From contig OZ242318.1 in assembly GCA_965208105.1 (NCBI GenBank), positions 1,760,001-1,824,000 on the forward strand: DNA of 64,000 bases, in the 5' to 3' direction. The translations under genes were made by a program, and so were the position numbers. The notes under the pieces are model-generated. The model had not been told where the DNA came from. It worked only from the letters and a program-made list of their open reading frames with translations, and did no database searches. The stretch is from Candidatus Latescibacterota bacterium. Lineage in GTDB: Bacteria > Latescibacterota > UBA2968 > UBA8231. Below, piece by piece: positions 35,170-45,492 of the stretch (its first letter is position 1; each line of letters opens with the position of its first letter).

Positions 35170-36675
35170 GTGGAATCCTTGAAAGGAGACCTGAAAAGTA
35201 TATTCCCGGGCGATGTATTGGCCGGAGTTACCGTCGCCCTTGTCGTGATTCCCCAATCAATCGCCTACGCTGATCTTGCCGGCATGCCCCCTTACACCGG
35301 ATTGCTGGCAGCCGCCTTGCCAGCCATTGCCGCTTCCTTCTTCTCCTCCTCGCCTTATTTGCAAACAGGTCCTGTCGCTCTCACTTCCATTCTGTCGTTT
35401 GGAGTGCTGAGTCAGCTGGCCCCACCTTCCAGCGCAAACTACATCTCATTGGCCGCCTCCCTCGCCCTCCTCGTCGGTGTTTTCAGAGTCCTTATCGGAG
35501 TATTCCACTTCGGCCAGATCGCCTATCTGATTTCTCGGCCGGTCCTTCTCGGATTCACAACCGCCGCCGCCCTGCTGATAATCCTGTCGCAACTCCCCAA
35601 ATCTCTTGGCATCGACATCGGGGACCGGAGCGTGGTCAATGGCGCAATTTTCTGCATCAGGCAACCTCAAAACTGGTTCATGCCCGCTGTTCTTGTCGCT
35701 GCCTTATCAATTGCAATCATTGCGGTTGGACGATGCATTCACAAGCTCTTCCCAGGGATTGCGCTGGCCGTTGTGCTCGGCCTCGTCGCCTCGGCATCAC
35801 TTTCCTACGGGGGGACCACTGTGGGAGACATCCCCAGCATTCTACCGCGGCTCTCGCTCCACATCCCCTGGCCCAGCCTTCCGAGCATTGCCTTGAGCGC
35901 CTTCGTCATTGCCCTGGTCGGGTTTGCCGAACCCGCATCCATTGCACGAAGTTATTCCACGCTCGATAAGATCCCCTGGAATGCCAACCGGGAATTCATC
36001 AGCCAGGGGATCGCCAATATCACCGCCGGTGCGGTGGGTGGGTTCCCCGTCGGTGGTTCCTTTTCACGCACCTCGATTAACCGCCTTGCCGGCGCCCGAA
36101 GCCGGTTCAGTGGTCTCATTACCGGTTGCACTGTCCTCGCATTTGCGCCATTCAGCCATATCCTGTCGAATCTGCCCACGGCGGTACTCGGGGGCATCGT
36201 CATCGCCGCGGTCCTGAACCTGATCTCCTTCAAGGAACTTTGGCACCTGAAATCCTACTCGACGCCACAGGCCTGTATCGGGTGGGTTACATTTTTCGCC
36301 TGTTTCCTCCTCGCCCCCCGGATCGATATCGCGATTCTTGCGGGCATTGGAATCGCGGTTGCCCATCATCTCAGAAGGGAACAAAGGCTCGTTATTGAAA
36401 GTTGGTTCTACGACAACTCGGTCCACATCAAGCCGAAGGGCGTATTGTGGTTCGGGTCGATCGCCAATTTTGAAACCGAACTCCAGCACCTTCTCAACCG
36501 CCACCGTGAAGCAGAAAAGGTCATCCTTCACCTCGAGGGTCTGGGCCGGATCGATCTAAGCGCAGCGGTCAGCCTTTGGGACATTGTGAACACGGCCAAG
36601 GAAAGTGGAATCGAGGTGAGAATCGAGAACGTGCCGCCCATGGCAAAGGCCTGGTCAAAGCGCCTCTGGCGGTAA
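35170..36675 (+). CDS. SulP/SLC26 family anion transporter with STAS domain
   Basis: DVLAGVTVALVVIPQSIAYADLAG, TGPVA, NREFISQGIAN, GSFSRT, LWFGS, RIDLSA. Confidence 0.92.
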   Translation: MESLKGDLKSIFPGDVLAGVTVALVVIPQSIAYADLAGMPPYTGLLAAALPAIAASFFSSSPYLQTGPVALTSILSFGVLSQLAPPSSANYISLAASLALLVGVFRVLIGVFHFGQIAYLISRPVLLGFTTAAALLIILSQLPKSLGIDIGDRSVVNGAIFCIRQPQNWFMPAVLVAALSIAIIAVGRCIHKLFPGIALAVVLGLVASASLSYGGTTVGDIPSILPRLSLHIPWPSLPSIALSAFVIALVGFAEPASIARSYSTLDKIPWNANREFISQGIANITAGAVGGFPVGGSFSRTSINRLAGARSRFSGLITGCTVLAFAPFSHILSNLPTAVLGGIVIAAVLNLISFKELWHLKSYSTPQACIGWVTFFACFLLAPRIDIAILAGIGIAVAHHLRREQRLVIESWFYDNSVHIKPKGVLWFGSIANFETELQHLLNRHREAEKVILHLEGLGRIDLSAAVSLWDIVNTAKESGIEVRIENVPPMAKAWSKRLWR

Positions 36676-36720
36676 CTCCGCCGTTCATGGAATGACACCG
36701 GGACCGAGAAAGGGCTTGAA

Positions 36721-38028
36721 ATGATTTCATCACCACAACGATCCAACGAACAACTGAATCGCCGCGACATCCCACTGGCTGTGGCCGAAGAAACATCTCC
36801 CGAACGCCTGATCGTAGATGACTGGCACACCCACCTTCTAGGTCCGAGGGCAGGCTCGAGACTATCGCTCTACGGCATTGACCACCAACTCACATACCAC
36901 TATGTGAGGAGGAAGCTCTTTGGCGGCGGCTACGTAGACCCGGACACCTTCTATAGCTGGGATATTGAGAAGCAGGGAGATTTTACGTGGCAAACTCTAT
37001 TTGTCGATGCACCCTCGGACTGCTTCGACGAAGGCTGCCGCGGGGTAGTGGTCGCAATGGAAGCGCTGGGTCTCAATCCCAACAGTGCCACATTGGACCA
37101 GGCGAGACAGTTCTACGCCGACACCGATCCCGAAGAGATTCAAAGGCGATGTATGTCACTGTCTGGAGTACGCCGCATGGTCGGGACCCAGGACGTCTTC
37201 AACGACGAGGAACGCGATTACTATGAGCAAGGCGAATGGGACGAGAGCTATTTGTCGGGTTTTCGCCTGGACGAGCTGGTCCTCCATTACCCCCGCGCGA
37301 TGGACAAGTTATCGGCCTGGGGATATAACGTCGAATCCGACCCGACGCGGCCCGGCACCACCGGCGAGATTCGCCGTTTCCTGTATGATTGGCACGCCAA
37401 ACTTCCAAATGTAGTCTACGGTGCATGCTCCTTCCCACCCCACTGTCAAGTCCACGACATCAGCACCATGGAAGGCTCTATTCTCCACCATGCGGTTCTA
37501 CCCGTCCTCAAGGACCTGGAATCTCCGTTTTTCATGATGCCGGGCCCCATTCGGCAACTTCAGTCGCAATGGCGAGAGGCAGGGGATGGAGCGGGATTGT
37601 CGGACATGCGCCCGTACCAGGAACTGGTGCGGCGACACCAGGAGAACGCCTTTTTCATCACCCCCCTTCACAACGCCAACCAGTACGACGCGAGCGTCAT
37701 GACCTGCCACAACCACAACGTCATGGCAATTGGCCACTGGTGGTTCAACTACCACCCCGGCCTGGTGGAGACCGACCTGCGCATGCGTCTGGAAATGACG
37801 GGCGATCGGTTTGTCCCATTCAACTCGGATGCCCGCGTCCTCGAAAATCTCATTCCCAAGTGGCGCCGGTTTCGACAAATCCTGGCAAAGGTACTGACCG
37901 AAAAATATCTCGACCTGCACGACGCCGGACGCCGCATAACCCGGGCGGACATGGCCAGGACTCTTGACACCCTGTTCGACCCCAACCGCTTTTTCAATGG
38001 TCCTATCCGCACTTTCCAAGCCAAATGA
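36721..38028 (+). CDS. Uronate isomerase, Bh0493-type (amidohydrolase superfamily)
   Basis: DWHTHL (HxH metal ligands), GIDHQLTYHY, DEGCRGVV, FRLDEL, GHWWF, MRLEMTG, SDARVLENLIPKW. Confidence 0.82.
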   Translation: MISSPQRSNEQLNRRDIPLAVAEETSPERLIVDDWHTHLLGPRAGSRLSLYGIDHQLTYHYVRRKLFGGGYVDPDTFYSWDIEKQGDFTWQTLFVDAPSDCFDEGCRGVVVAMEALGLNPNSATLDQARQFYADTDPEEIQRRCMSLSGVRRMVGTQDVFNDEERDYYEQGEWDESYLSGFRLDELVLHYPRAMDKLSAWGYNVESDPTRPGTTGEIRRFLYDWHAKLPNVVYGACSFPPHCQVHDISTMEGSILHHAVLPVLKDLESPFFMMPGPIRQLQSQWREAGDGAGLSDMRPYQELVRRHQENAFFITPLHNANQYDASVMTCHNHNVMAIGHWWFNYHPGLVETDLRMRLEMTGDRFVPFNSDARVLENLIPKWRRFRQILAKVLTEKYLDLHDAGRRITRADMARTLDTLFDPNRFFNGPIRTFQAK

Positions 38029-38465
38029 AGGTTCTGCTACAGCGAGTCCGCCGAGCTCAAGTCCTGGTTGATTCCGAGGTCAAAGGCTGCATCGGTCCTG
38101 GTCTGGTTCTTTTCGTGGGATTCAGTCACGGAGACGATGAAAAGGCCCTGCGTTTCTGCGCTGAAAAATGCGCCAACCTCCGGGTCTTTGCCGACGATAC
38201 CGGCAAGATGAACCGCTCGGTCCTGGATGAAAAGGGCTCGGTCCTGGCTGTCTCCCAGTTCACCCTATATGGAGACTGCCGCAAGGGGCGCCGGCCCAGC
38301 TTTGTTCAGGCAGCACCTCCCGAGCAAGCAGGACTGCTCTACGAGCGCTTTATCGCCTTGTTGCAAGAGTTGGGCTTGAAAGTAGCCCAAGGGGTATTCG
38401 GCGCCCATATGTCCGTCGAGGTATTCAACGATGGCCCCGTGACTTTGCTGTTGGAGAGTCCCTGA
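38025..38465 (+). CDS. dtd: D-aminoacyl-tRNA deacylase
   Basis: MKVLLQRV, VSQFTLYGD.RKGRRPSF, FGAHM.V...NDGPVT. Confidence 0.96.
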   Translation: MKVLLQRVRRAQVLVDSEVKGCIGPGLVLFVGFSHGDDEKALRFCAEKCANLRVFADDTGKMNRSVLDEKGSVLAVSQFTLYGDCRKGRRPSFVQAAPPEQAGLLYERFIALLQELGLKVAQGVFGAHMSVEVFNDGPVTLLLESP

Positions 38466-39100
38466 TGCGAACCCACGCAAACCCTCACCTCGTCCTGGGC
38501 TCCGGGTCTCCGAGGCGGGTTGCCCTGATGCAACAGCTGGACCTGCCCTTCGAGCAGCTGCCCAGCCCGGAGCCGGAACCTGCCCTGCGCAACGGACCGC
38601 CCGAGGAGCAGGTGGTTGAAGCTGCCTTGACCAAAGCTCTGGCGGTCCAACGGGTTTTGCGCGACCGGTCCGACGATGGCCGAGTTACCATTGTCATAGG
38701 CGCCGATACCACGGTCTATTTCGAGAATAAAATCCTGGGCAAACCCGCCGACGAAAGCGATGCCGCCGCCATGCTGAGGACCCTCTCGGGCCGAATCCAC
38801 CGTGTTTATACCGGGTTGGCCCTTGTATCCTCCGACCACCGCCAGCTGCGCGACTTCGCCATGACCCGGGTTTGTATGCGCCCACTCTCTGGGGCGGAAA
38901 TCAGCGCTTATATTCGCACTGGTGAACCGCTGGACAAAGCAGGGGCCTACGGGATTCAAGGAAGGGGCGCGCGTTTCATTGAGTACATAGAAGGTTGTTA
39001 TTATAATGTAGTCGGCATGCCTTTGGCACGGCTTTGTACCTTGCTCGAAGAGGCGGGGTACGATTTTGTCGAGGGGACCGGCGAGGTCGGGAAGCAATGA
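38465..39100 (+). CDS. maf: Maf family nucleoside triphosphate pyrophosphatase
   Basis: LVLGSGSPRR, IGADT, ILGKP, LSGRIH, EPLDKAGAYGIQG, NVVGMP. Confidence 0.95.
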   Translation: MRTHANPHLVLGSGSPRRVALMQQLDLPFEQLPSPEPEPALRNGPPEEQVVEAALTKALAVQRVLRDRSDDGRVTIVIGADTTVYFENKILGKPADESDAAAMLRTLSGRIHRVYTGLALVSSDHRQLRDFAMTRVCMRPLSGAEISAYIRTGEPLDKAGAYGIQGRGARFIEYIEGCYYNVVGMPLARLCTLLEEAGYDFVEGTGEVGKQ

Positions 39101-40101
39101 ATGAGAGAATGAGCCTATCGCAACAATTGCGCCGGGCGCGCGAAGAGCGCGGGGAAAGCCTGGAGGAGGTCCACAAGCAAACCAGCATAAGCCTGGAGGT
39201 CCTCAGAGGCCTGGAAGCAGACCGGTTCGATATCATCGAACCGGTGTTTACCCGGATGGTTCTAGCCGAATACGCGGGTCGATACGGGATGGACGTAGAG
39301 TCCGTTCTGCGCCAATTCGACAGGACCATCGCTCCAGCCCTGAAGGTTGCCCAGCCCCAGGTACCCGGATCCGCTGCACAAGCTGCTTCGAGATCCCTGC
39401 GACCAGGAGTTCTTTCGACTTGGCTATTGAGTGGCGGGCTCTCTCTCCTGATTCTCCTGGTGGTCGTAATTTTAATTTTCCGAAACGGCGATCCTCCCCC
39501 GGATTACAGCGAAATTTCTCCCCTGGGAGCGCCCGCGGACACCCTGGCGGAAAAGAGCAACCGCAGTCGGACAGGAGCCGTAGTTGTCCCTGGCGCGGTG
39601 CAACCACCTTCCTCCCTGGAAACCTCGAACCAGGCATCGGTCGCAGAACTACAACCGTCGGGATCCGGGCCAGCGCCCCAGTTGCCGGCATCTGTCGAAA
39701 TTGACTCCACCTCAACTGAGCTTGCCCCGGTTGATACGGTGTCCGAAATATCTCTGCAAGGCCCAGGCTCCCAGCCTTCCCCTGCCGACAATGATTCGGT
39801 CCTTGTCCTTGAGATAGAAGCCGTGGATTCCACATGGGTCCGGATCAGATGGGACAATGGAGGCGATTTCGAGGCCACGGTCCCTCCTGGATTCAAGCGA
39901 CGCTGGGAAACTCGAAACCACTTCTTCGTCCATTCGGGCCGCCCCCACGGCATCCGCTATTGGTTCCAGGGCGAGCTTCTGGGCGGCGGATACCTGGGAA
40001 ATCCCTCCAGGGTATTGCGTTTCAAGGCCTCCAAGGAAGGTGTGACCCTGCTTGGCGCGGATCCTGAACTTCCGGCCCCGGCGGCAGACAGCAGTCCATG
40101 A
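39097..40101 (+). CDS. RodZ-like HTH-TM-DUF4115 protein
   Basis: N-terminal HTH LRRAREERGESLEEV...LRGLE; single TM LSLLILLVVVILIF; Pro/Ser linker; C-terminal LVLEIEAVDSTWVRI. Confidence 0.75.
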   Translation: MNERMSLSQQLRRAREERGESLEEVHKQTSISLEVLRGLEADRFDIIEPVFTRMVLAEYAGRYGMDVESVLRQFDRTIAPALKVAQPQVPGSAAQAASRSLRPGVLSTWLLSGGLSLLILLVVVILIFRNGDPPPDYSEISPLGAPADTLAEKSNRSRTGAVVVPGAVQPPSSLETSNQASVAELQPSGSGPAPQLPASVEIDSTSTELAPVDTVSEISLQGPGSQPSPADNDSVLVLEIEAVDSTWVRIRWDNGGDFEATVPPGFKRRWETRNHFFVHSGRPHGIRYWFQGELLGGGYLGNPSRVLRFKASKEGVTLLGADPELPAPAADSSP

Positions 40102-42560
40102 GGCGGCTCTACGCAGAGGTCGCCCTACCACCTCCACTGAACCGGCAACTTTTATACGGCCTGCCTTCTGCATTGGAAGGGGACGTGCAGACCGGCAGTA
40201 TTGTGCTGGTTCCCGTAGTTCAGCGTCTGATGAGCGGGGTAGTGACCGGCTTCGTCGATCCCCCGCTTCCCGAAGCCAAGCTCGGCCCGGAGGATATTCG
40301 CGATGTCTCCCAGGTGTTTGGCCGTGATTCATATCTCGATCAGGACCTGATCGAGATATGCCGCTGGATGGCGGGGTACTACTTTGCACCTCTAGGCACT
40401 GCCCTGAGCATTGCCCTTCCACCCGGTCTTCAACTCGCCTCCAAACGCCTGGTGCGGCTCAGTTCGAAGGCCACGCTTCCCCGGCCTTCCCATTCCATGG
40501 ATGGACAACTGCTCGACCTGTTGAGATCTCACGGTCCCCTGAAGGTCACTACCCTGCGGCGGCGCCTCGGAACTCAAGGGCTCGAAGGTGCGTTGCGTCG
40601 CCTCGTGCGCCACGGACAGGTGGAATTGGTTCCCGTCTTCGAGTCCCCTCCCGTCCGCCGCCAGGTGCACATGCGCCTGGTCGATAGAGGCAGGGCCGAG
40701 TCTGCCCTTGCCCAACTGCGCAGGAGAGCCCGCCGCCAGGCTGCCTGCCTCAGCTTCCTGCTGGGCTGCGGGTCCGCCTCGAGAAAAACCATGACGCAAC
40801 GAGGATTCAGCGCTTCCGTGCTGGATTCCTTGTGTGCACGCGGCCTGATCGAGCGCTTTGACGGCGAAGTTATGCGCGATCCCCTTGCCCACATTAAATC
40901 CGACCCGCCGGCTCACCACGACCTTACTCCAGCCCAGCAGACAGCAATGGAGACGATCGAGGCCGCACTCGATCAGGAGGAATTCTTTCCGGTTCTCCTC
41001 CAGGGCGTCACGGGCAGCGGCAAGACCCAGGTCTACATTTGCGCAGTTGCCAAGGCCCTGGAACAAGGCAAGGGGGCCATTGTCCTGGTCCCCGAAATCG
41101 CTCTTGCCTGGCAAGTGGTGAGGCAATTCAAGGCCCGGTTCGGGGAGCAGGTGGCCGTGCTGCACAGCCAGTTGTCCGCGGGAGAGCGCTACGACACCTG
41201 GCGCCGACTACGCCGCGGGGAGCAGCGCGTCGTCATCGGCGCGCGGTCCGCCGTCCTGGCTCCTATTCAGCGGCCCGGCCTCATCGTTGTGGACGAAGAG
41301 CACGACGGCTCCTATAAACAGGAAGATCCCGAGGGCCGCCATTCCCTCTCCTACAGCGCCCGGGATCTTGCCTTGATGCGGGGGAAGAAGCATGGGGCCG
41401 TTGTGATCCTTGGATCTGCGACCCCGAGCCTTGAGTCCTACTGGAATGCGCGCTCCGGCAAGTACCACCAGCTCACCTTGCCACATCGCATTGACGCCCG
41501 CCCCTTGCCCAAGGTGGAGATCGTCGACATGCGGCAGGAGCCATTTCAAAAAAAGCAGCGGGCCATCTTTTCGCGCACCCTGCGGCTCAAAATCCAGGAA
41601 CGTTTGTTGCAGGGAGAGAAAATCGTCCTCCTTCAAAACCGCCGGGGCTTCTCCCCTTTCCTCCTTTGCTCCTCCTGCGGCTCGGCGATACAGTGCAATA
41701 GCTGCCGTGTCTCCCTGACTTACCACCGCAGCCGCAACCCGGAAATGCGCTGCCACTACTGCAACGCCCGGGCTCCCATTCCCGAATCCTGTTCCCATTG
41801 CGGCAGCGTCGAACTGCGTTTCCAGGGAGTTGGCACCCAACGGGTGGAAGAGGCCCTGCTGGAACAGTTTCCCGGCGTGCGCGTCATTCGCATGGACCTG
41901 GATACTACCGGCGGCAAAAATTCCCACGACGAACTGGTCGAGCGCTTCCGCCGCGGAGAGGCCGACCTGCTCCTGGGAACCCAGATGGTAGCCAAAGGGC
42001 TTGACTTCCCCGAGGTAACCCTGGTCGGGGTCATCTCCGCCGACACAGGCATGCATCTGCCCGAGTTCCGCGCCGCCGAGCGCAGTTTTCAACTTCTCAC
42101 ACAGGTGGCCGGACGCTCGGGGAGAGGACCTGTTCCGGGCGAGGTCGTGATTCAGACCCTTTTGCCCGAGGCCCCCGTACTGCGGGCGGCGGCCAGGCAG
42201 GACTTTGCCGCCTTTGTCGAGCAGGAGTTGGAGGAACGCCGGGCCGCAGGTTACCCCCCGTTTGGCCGCTTGATCGTCTTCTTGTGGAGCGGCCTCGACG
42301 AAGAAGCCCTTGTAGAGGTTGCCCGGGAGAGCACCTCCCGCCTGCGCCGGACCATCGGTGGCGATGCCTGGCTTCTGGGGCCCGCTCCGGCTCCCCTGGC
42401 TCGACTCCGGGACCGCTACCGCTGGCAGGCTCTGCTGCGCGGCTCTTCGGTCCGGCAACTCCACGCTCTGGCAGACCGGGCATTGCCGGACATGCGCAAG
42501 GCAGCTGAAAAAAGAAAGGTCCGCTTGACCGTCAACGTCGATCCGCTCACCATGATGTGA
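40098..42560 (+). CDS. priA: Primosomal protein N' helicase
   Basis: GVTGSGKT, LVPEIAL, DEEHD.SYKQ, GSATPSLES, NRRGF, four CxxC, GTQMVAKGLDFP, QVAGRSGR, VDP. Confidence 0.97.
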   Translation: MRRLYAEVALPPPLNRQLLYGLPSALEGDVQTGSIVLVPVVQRLMSGVVTGFVDPPLPEAKLGPEDIRDVSQVFGRDSYLDQDLIEICRWMAGYYFAPLGTALSIALPPGLQLASKRLVRLSSKATLPRPSHSMDGQLLDLLRSHGPLKVTTLRRRLGTQGLEGALRRLVRHGQVELVPVFESPPVRRQVHMRLVDRGRAESALAQLRRRARRQAACLSFLLGCGSASRKTMTQRGFSASVLDSLCARGLIERFDGEVMRDPLAHIKSDPPAHHDLTPAQQTAMETIEAALDQEEFFPVLLQGVTGSGKTQVYICAVAKALEQGKGAIVLVPEIALAWQVVRQFKARFGEQVAVLHSQLSAGERYDTWRRLRRGEQRVVIGARSAVLAPIQRPGLIVVDEEHDGSYKQEDPEGRHSLSYSARDLALMRGKKHGAVVILGSATPSLESYWNARSGKYHQLTLPHRIDARPLPKVEIVDMRQEPFQKKQRAIFSRTLRLKIQERLLQGEKIVLLQNRRGFSPFLLCSSCGSAIQCNSCRVSLTYHRSRNPEMRCHYCNARAPIPESCSHCGSVELRFQGVGTQRVEEALLEQFPGVRVIRMDLDTTGGKNSHDELVERFRRGEADLLLGTQMVAKGLDFPEVTLVGVISADTGMHLPEFRAAERSFQLLTQVAGRSGRGPVPGEVVIQTLLPEAPVLRAAARQDFAAFVEQELEERRAAGYPPFGRLIVFLWSGLDEEALVEVARESTSRLRRTIGGDAWLLGPAPAPLARLRDRYRWQALLRGSSVRQLHALADRALPDMRKAAEKRKVRLTVNVDPLTMM

Positions 42561-42576
42561 CCTTTCAGGTCCAACC

Positions 42577-44802
42577 ATGACCATTTCCCTGATCATCATA
42601 ATCGCAGTCTTCGCGTGGAACCCCCTGCGGGTGCAAGGCCAATGCGAGGATTGGAAAGCCTACACCAGCATGCGGGAAATCAATCACCTGCTGGTCCACG
42701 GCGACGCCGTCTGGTCCGCTACCTCCGGGGGCGTGTTGCGCTTCGACCAGAGCAGCCAGTCCTACACCCGCTACACCGTGCTGGACGGTCTGGCGGGCAA
42801 CAAGGTCCTGAGCGTGGCCGACGACGACCGCGGCCATCTGTGGTTTGGGACCCACCTGCAGGGGTTGAGCCGGTTCAGGACCAGCCCGGAAGGCTTCGAC
42901 CCTCCCTTCCTGGATTTCAAGGACCTTGATATATATGCCCTGAAAACCATGGGAGACCGCATCTTCGTTGGCACCGGGCGCGGGGTAAGCGTTTTTCTGA
43001 TCGACAAGGAAGAAGTGAAGGAAACCTATCGCCAGCTGGGCACTCTTCCCAAGGACACACCCGTAAACACGCTCGAAGTTGTTGATGGCAGACTGGTGGC
43101 AGGTACCGTCGCAGGCCTTGCCTGGGCAGATCTGAGCCTTCCCAACCTGCAGGATCCGGAGAGTTGGAAGAACTTTACGGCGGCTGGGACGGCGGAGGAT
43201 CTGATGATAGTATCCGATACCCTCTACACTGTCACACCCCAGGGCGTGTGGCGCTTTGATCCCGACTCGGACCGCTTCGTTCACGACAGCCCCAATTCCT
43301 CCGCCAACGACGCCGAACTTTCCAGCCTGGGCATCTTCAGGGGGAAGGTGATCGCCTCCAATAAAGAAGGATATTTCTACCAGCGCCATGGTGCTGGTCA
43401 CTGGTCCTTGAGCCCCACGCGAGCCATACCCAAGGTCCGCGCTCTGTCACGGGTCGACACGGTCCTGTGGATCGCCACTTCCCAAGGGCTCCGGGTCGTC
43501 GGCACCGTGCCGCCACCACCGCCGCGGGAGCCTACAGCCAACCGCTTTTACGAAATGGAATTGCTCGACTCAGGTGAGCTTTGGGTGGCGAGTGTTCCCA
43601 GCGACTTTATTCCCCCCCACGGCCTCTATCACTTCGACGGAACAGGCTGGACCGTATACGGCCTGCTCAGCGGCCTACCGACCGAAGTTGTGGTCAGCGT
43701 CGAGGTCAATGCAGAAGGCCGCCTCTGGGTTGGCACCTGGGGCAAAGGGGTGGCAATGCTCGACAAAAATGAAGAATGGATGCTGATCAACCAGAACAAT
43801 TCCGTCCTCCAGGGCCTGGGTCCGGAGAGGTCCTTCGTGGCCGTGAGCGACATCGAGCGTGACGAAGATGGCCTGATGTGGATTAACAACGTACAGATCG
43901 GTCTGGCCGTGATGGACGGCCTCGACCCTGCCCGGGCCACGCTCTACGACCAGAAGACCCTGGGTATTTCCGGTGACATCAGCAAATTGACCATCGCCCC
44001 CGACGGCATCAAGTGGATATCCACCTATCAGCAGGGCTTCCTGCTCTTCGACGACGGGGGGACGCCCTTCACAATAGGAGACGAGCATTCCATCCACATA
44101 AGCACCGGTAGCGAGAGCCGCCTGAGCAGCGACCGGGTCGCCGACATTGCCGTGGACTCCGGCGGCCGGGTGTGGGTGGCCACCAACAACGGATTGAACG
44201 TCCTCAGCGGCACCTATTCCAGGGAGAACCGCGAGCTCGAGATAGACGATTGGCGCATCTACACCACCGAGGACGGATTGCCCTCCAATGAAATCAAGGC
44301 GGTCGAGGAAGGCCGCGGCGGCAGCATCTGGGTGGGCACCGAGGGAGGGCTGGCGCAGATCGAGCCGGACGGGACCGTGGCCTTCTCCTTCACCACGGGG
44401 AACAGCTGCCTGGTGGACAACCGCATCAACTCCCTCCTCTTCGACGACGCCAATGGCGAGTTGTGGATTGGTACCCTGGACGGCCTCAGCCGCCTGAAGG
44501 CAGCGCGGGGAAGGGACGAGGACTCTGCGGTCCTGGGCATCTATCCCAACCCCTTCGTTCTGGGCTCTCCCGGTGCGGAGATGGTCTTTGCCGGCCTTCC
44601 CCTTGGAGCTTCGCTGCGAATATTCTCCCTCGGCGGAGAGATGGTATGGCATGGCGCTGGAACCCCGGGCAGCAGCGCCATCGCCTGGAACGGCCAGAAT
44701 GCCTCCGGATTCCTGGTCGGCTCGGGCATCTACTTCTTCGTAGCGCGGGACGAATCCGGCGCCGGCGCCAAGGGGAAGTTCGCCGTTATCAACGCGCGTT
44801 AG
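42577..44802 (+). CDS. PorZ-like double beta-propeller protein with T9SS-type C-terminal domain
   Basis: Signal peptide; repeated LWFGT/LWVGT/IWVGT and GLPSN Reg_prop units; C-terminal IYPNPF...FAGLP...LRIFSLGGE...WNGQNASG..VGSGIYF...GKFAVIN. Confidence 0.72.
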   Translation: MTISLIIIIAVFAWNPLRVQGQCEDWKAYTSMREINHLLVHGDAVWSATSGGVLRFDQSSQSYTRYTVLDGLAGNKVLSVADDDRGHLWFGTHLQGLSRFRTSPEGFDPPFLDFKDLDIYALKTMGDRIFVGTGRGVSVFLIDKEEVKETYRQLGTLPKDTPVNTLEVVDGRLVAGTVAGLAWADLSLPNLQDPESWKNFTAAGTAEDLMIVSDTLYTVTPQGVWRFDPDSDRFVHDSPNSSANDAELSSLGIFRGKVIASNKEGYFYQRHGAGHWSLSPTRAIPKVRALSRVDTVLWIATSQGLRVVGTVPPPPPREPTANRFYEMELLDSGELWVASVPSDFIPPHGLYHFDGTGWTVYGLLSGLPTEVVVSVEVNAEGRLWVGTWGKGVAMLDKNEEWMLINQNNSVLQGLGPERSFVAVSDIERDEDGLMWINNVQIGLAVMDGLDPARATLYDQKTLGISGDISKLTIAPDGIKWISTYQQGFLLFDDGGTPFTIGDEHSIHISTGSESRLSSDRVADIAVDSGGRVWVATNNGLNVLSGTYSRENRELEIDDWRIYTTEDGLPSNEIKAVEEGRGGSIWVGTEGGLAQIEPDGTVAFSFTTGNSCLVDNRINSLLFDDANGELWIGTLDGLSRLKAARGRDEDSAVLGIYPNPFVLGSPGAEMVFAGLPLGASLRIFSLGGEMVWHGAGTPGSSAIAWNGQNASGFLVGSGIYFFVARDESGAGAKGKFAVINAR

Positions 44803-44810
44803 ATACTGAA

Positions 44811-45482
44811 ATGATTCGACCAGCCCTCAAATCCCTGGCCCTTCTTTCAATTCCAATCCTGATGGCTCCAGGCCCTGCCGGTGCGGACTTGCTATTTACC
44901 ATTGCCCGCCTGCACTACGACGGTGGAGGGGACTGGTACAGCGATCCTTCCTCCCTTCCAAACCTGCTGCGATTCGTCGAGGAACACACCGGCATCGAGT
45001 CATCCAGCGCAGAAGCGCGGGTGCAGGTCATGGACGAGGACTTCTTCCTCTACCCCTATATCTTCATGACCGGCCACGGCAACGTATCCTTCTCCTCGGA
45101 AGAGACTCTTCGCCTGCGCCATTATCTCGAAAGCGGCGGATTTCTGCACGCCGACGACAACTATGGCATGGATGAGTCCTTTCGCCGAGAAATCAAGAAG
45201 GTCTTCCCCAGGAAAGACCTGGTAGAGCTGCCCCCCGACCACGGAATCTTCCACTGCCATTTCGATTTTCCCAATGGTCTTCCCAAGATCCACAAGCACG
45301 ACGGCAAGCGGCCCCAGGCCCTGGGCCTGTTCGACGGCGACCGCCTCATCCTGCTCTATACCTACGAATGCGATTTGGGCGACGGTTGGGAAGACGAGCA
45401 AGTGCACCAGGTACCCCCCGGAAAGCGCATGGAAGCGCTCCGCATGGGCGCAAACATTATCGTATGGGCCCTGACCCACTGA
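44811..45482 (+). CDS. DUF4159 domain protein (secreted)
   Basis: IARLHYDGGGDWY..PSSLPNL, YPYIFMTGHG, LRHYLESGGFLHADDNYG, DLGDGWED, ALRMGANI. The ORF-track start is over-extended. Confidence 0.85.
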   Translation: MIRPALKSLALLSIPILMAPGPAGADLLFTIARLHYDGGGDWYSDPSSLPNLLRFVEEHTGIESSSAEARVQVMDEDFFLYPYIFMTGHGNVSFSSEETLRLRHYLESGGFLHADDNYGMDESFRREIKKVFPRKDLVELPPDHGIFHCHFDFPNGLPKIHKHDGKRPQALGLFDGDRLILLYTYECDLGDGWEDEQVHQVPPGKRMEALRMGANIIVWALTH

Positions 45483-45492
45483 GCCTCGATCC

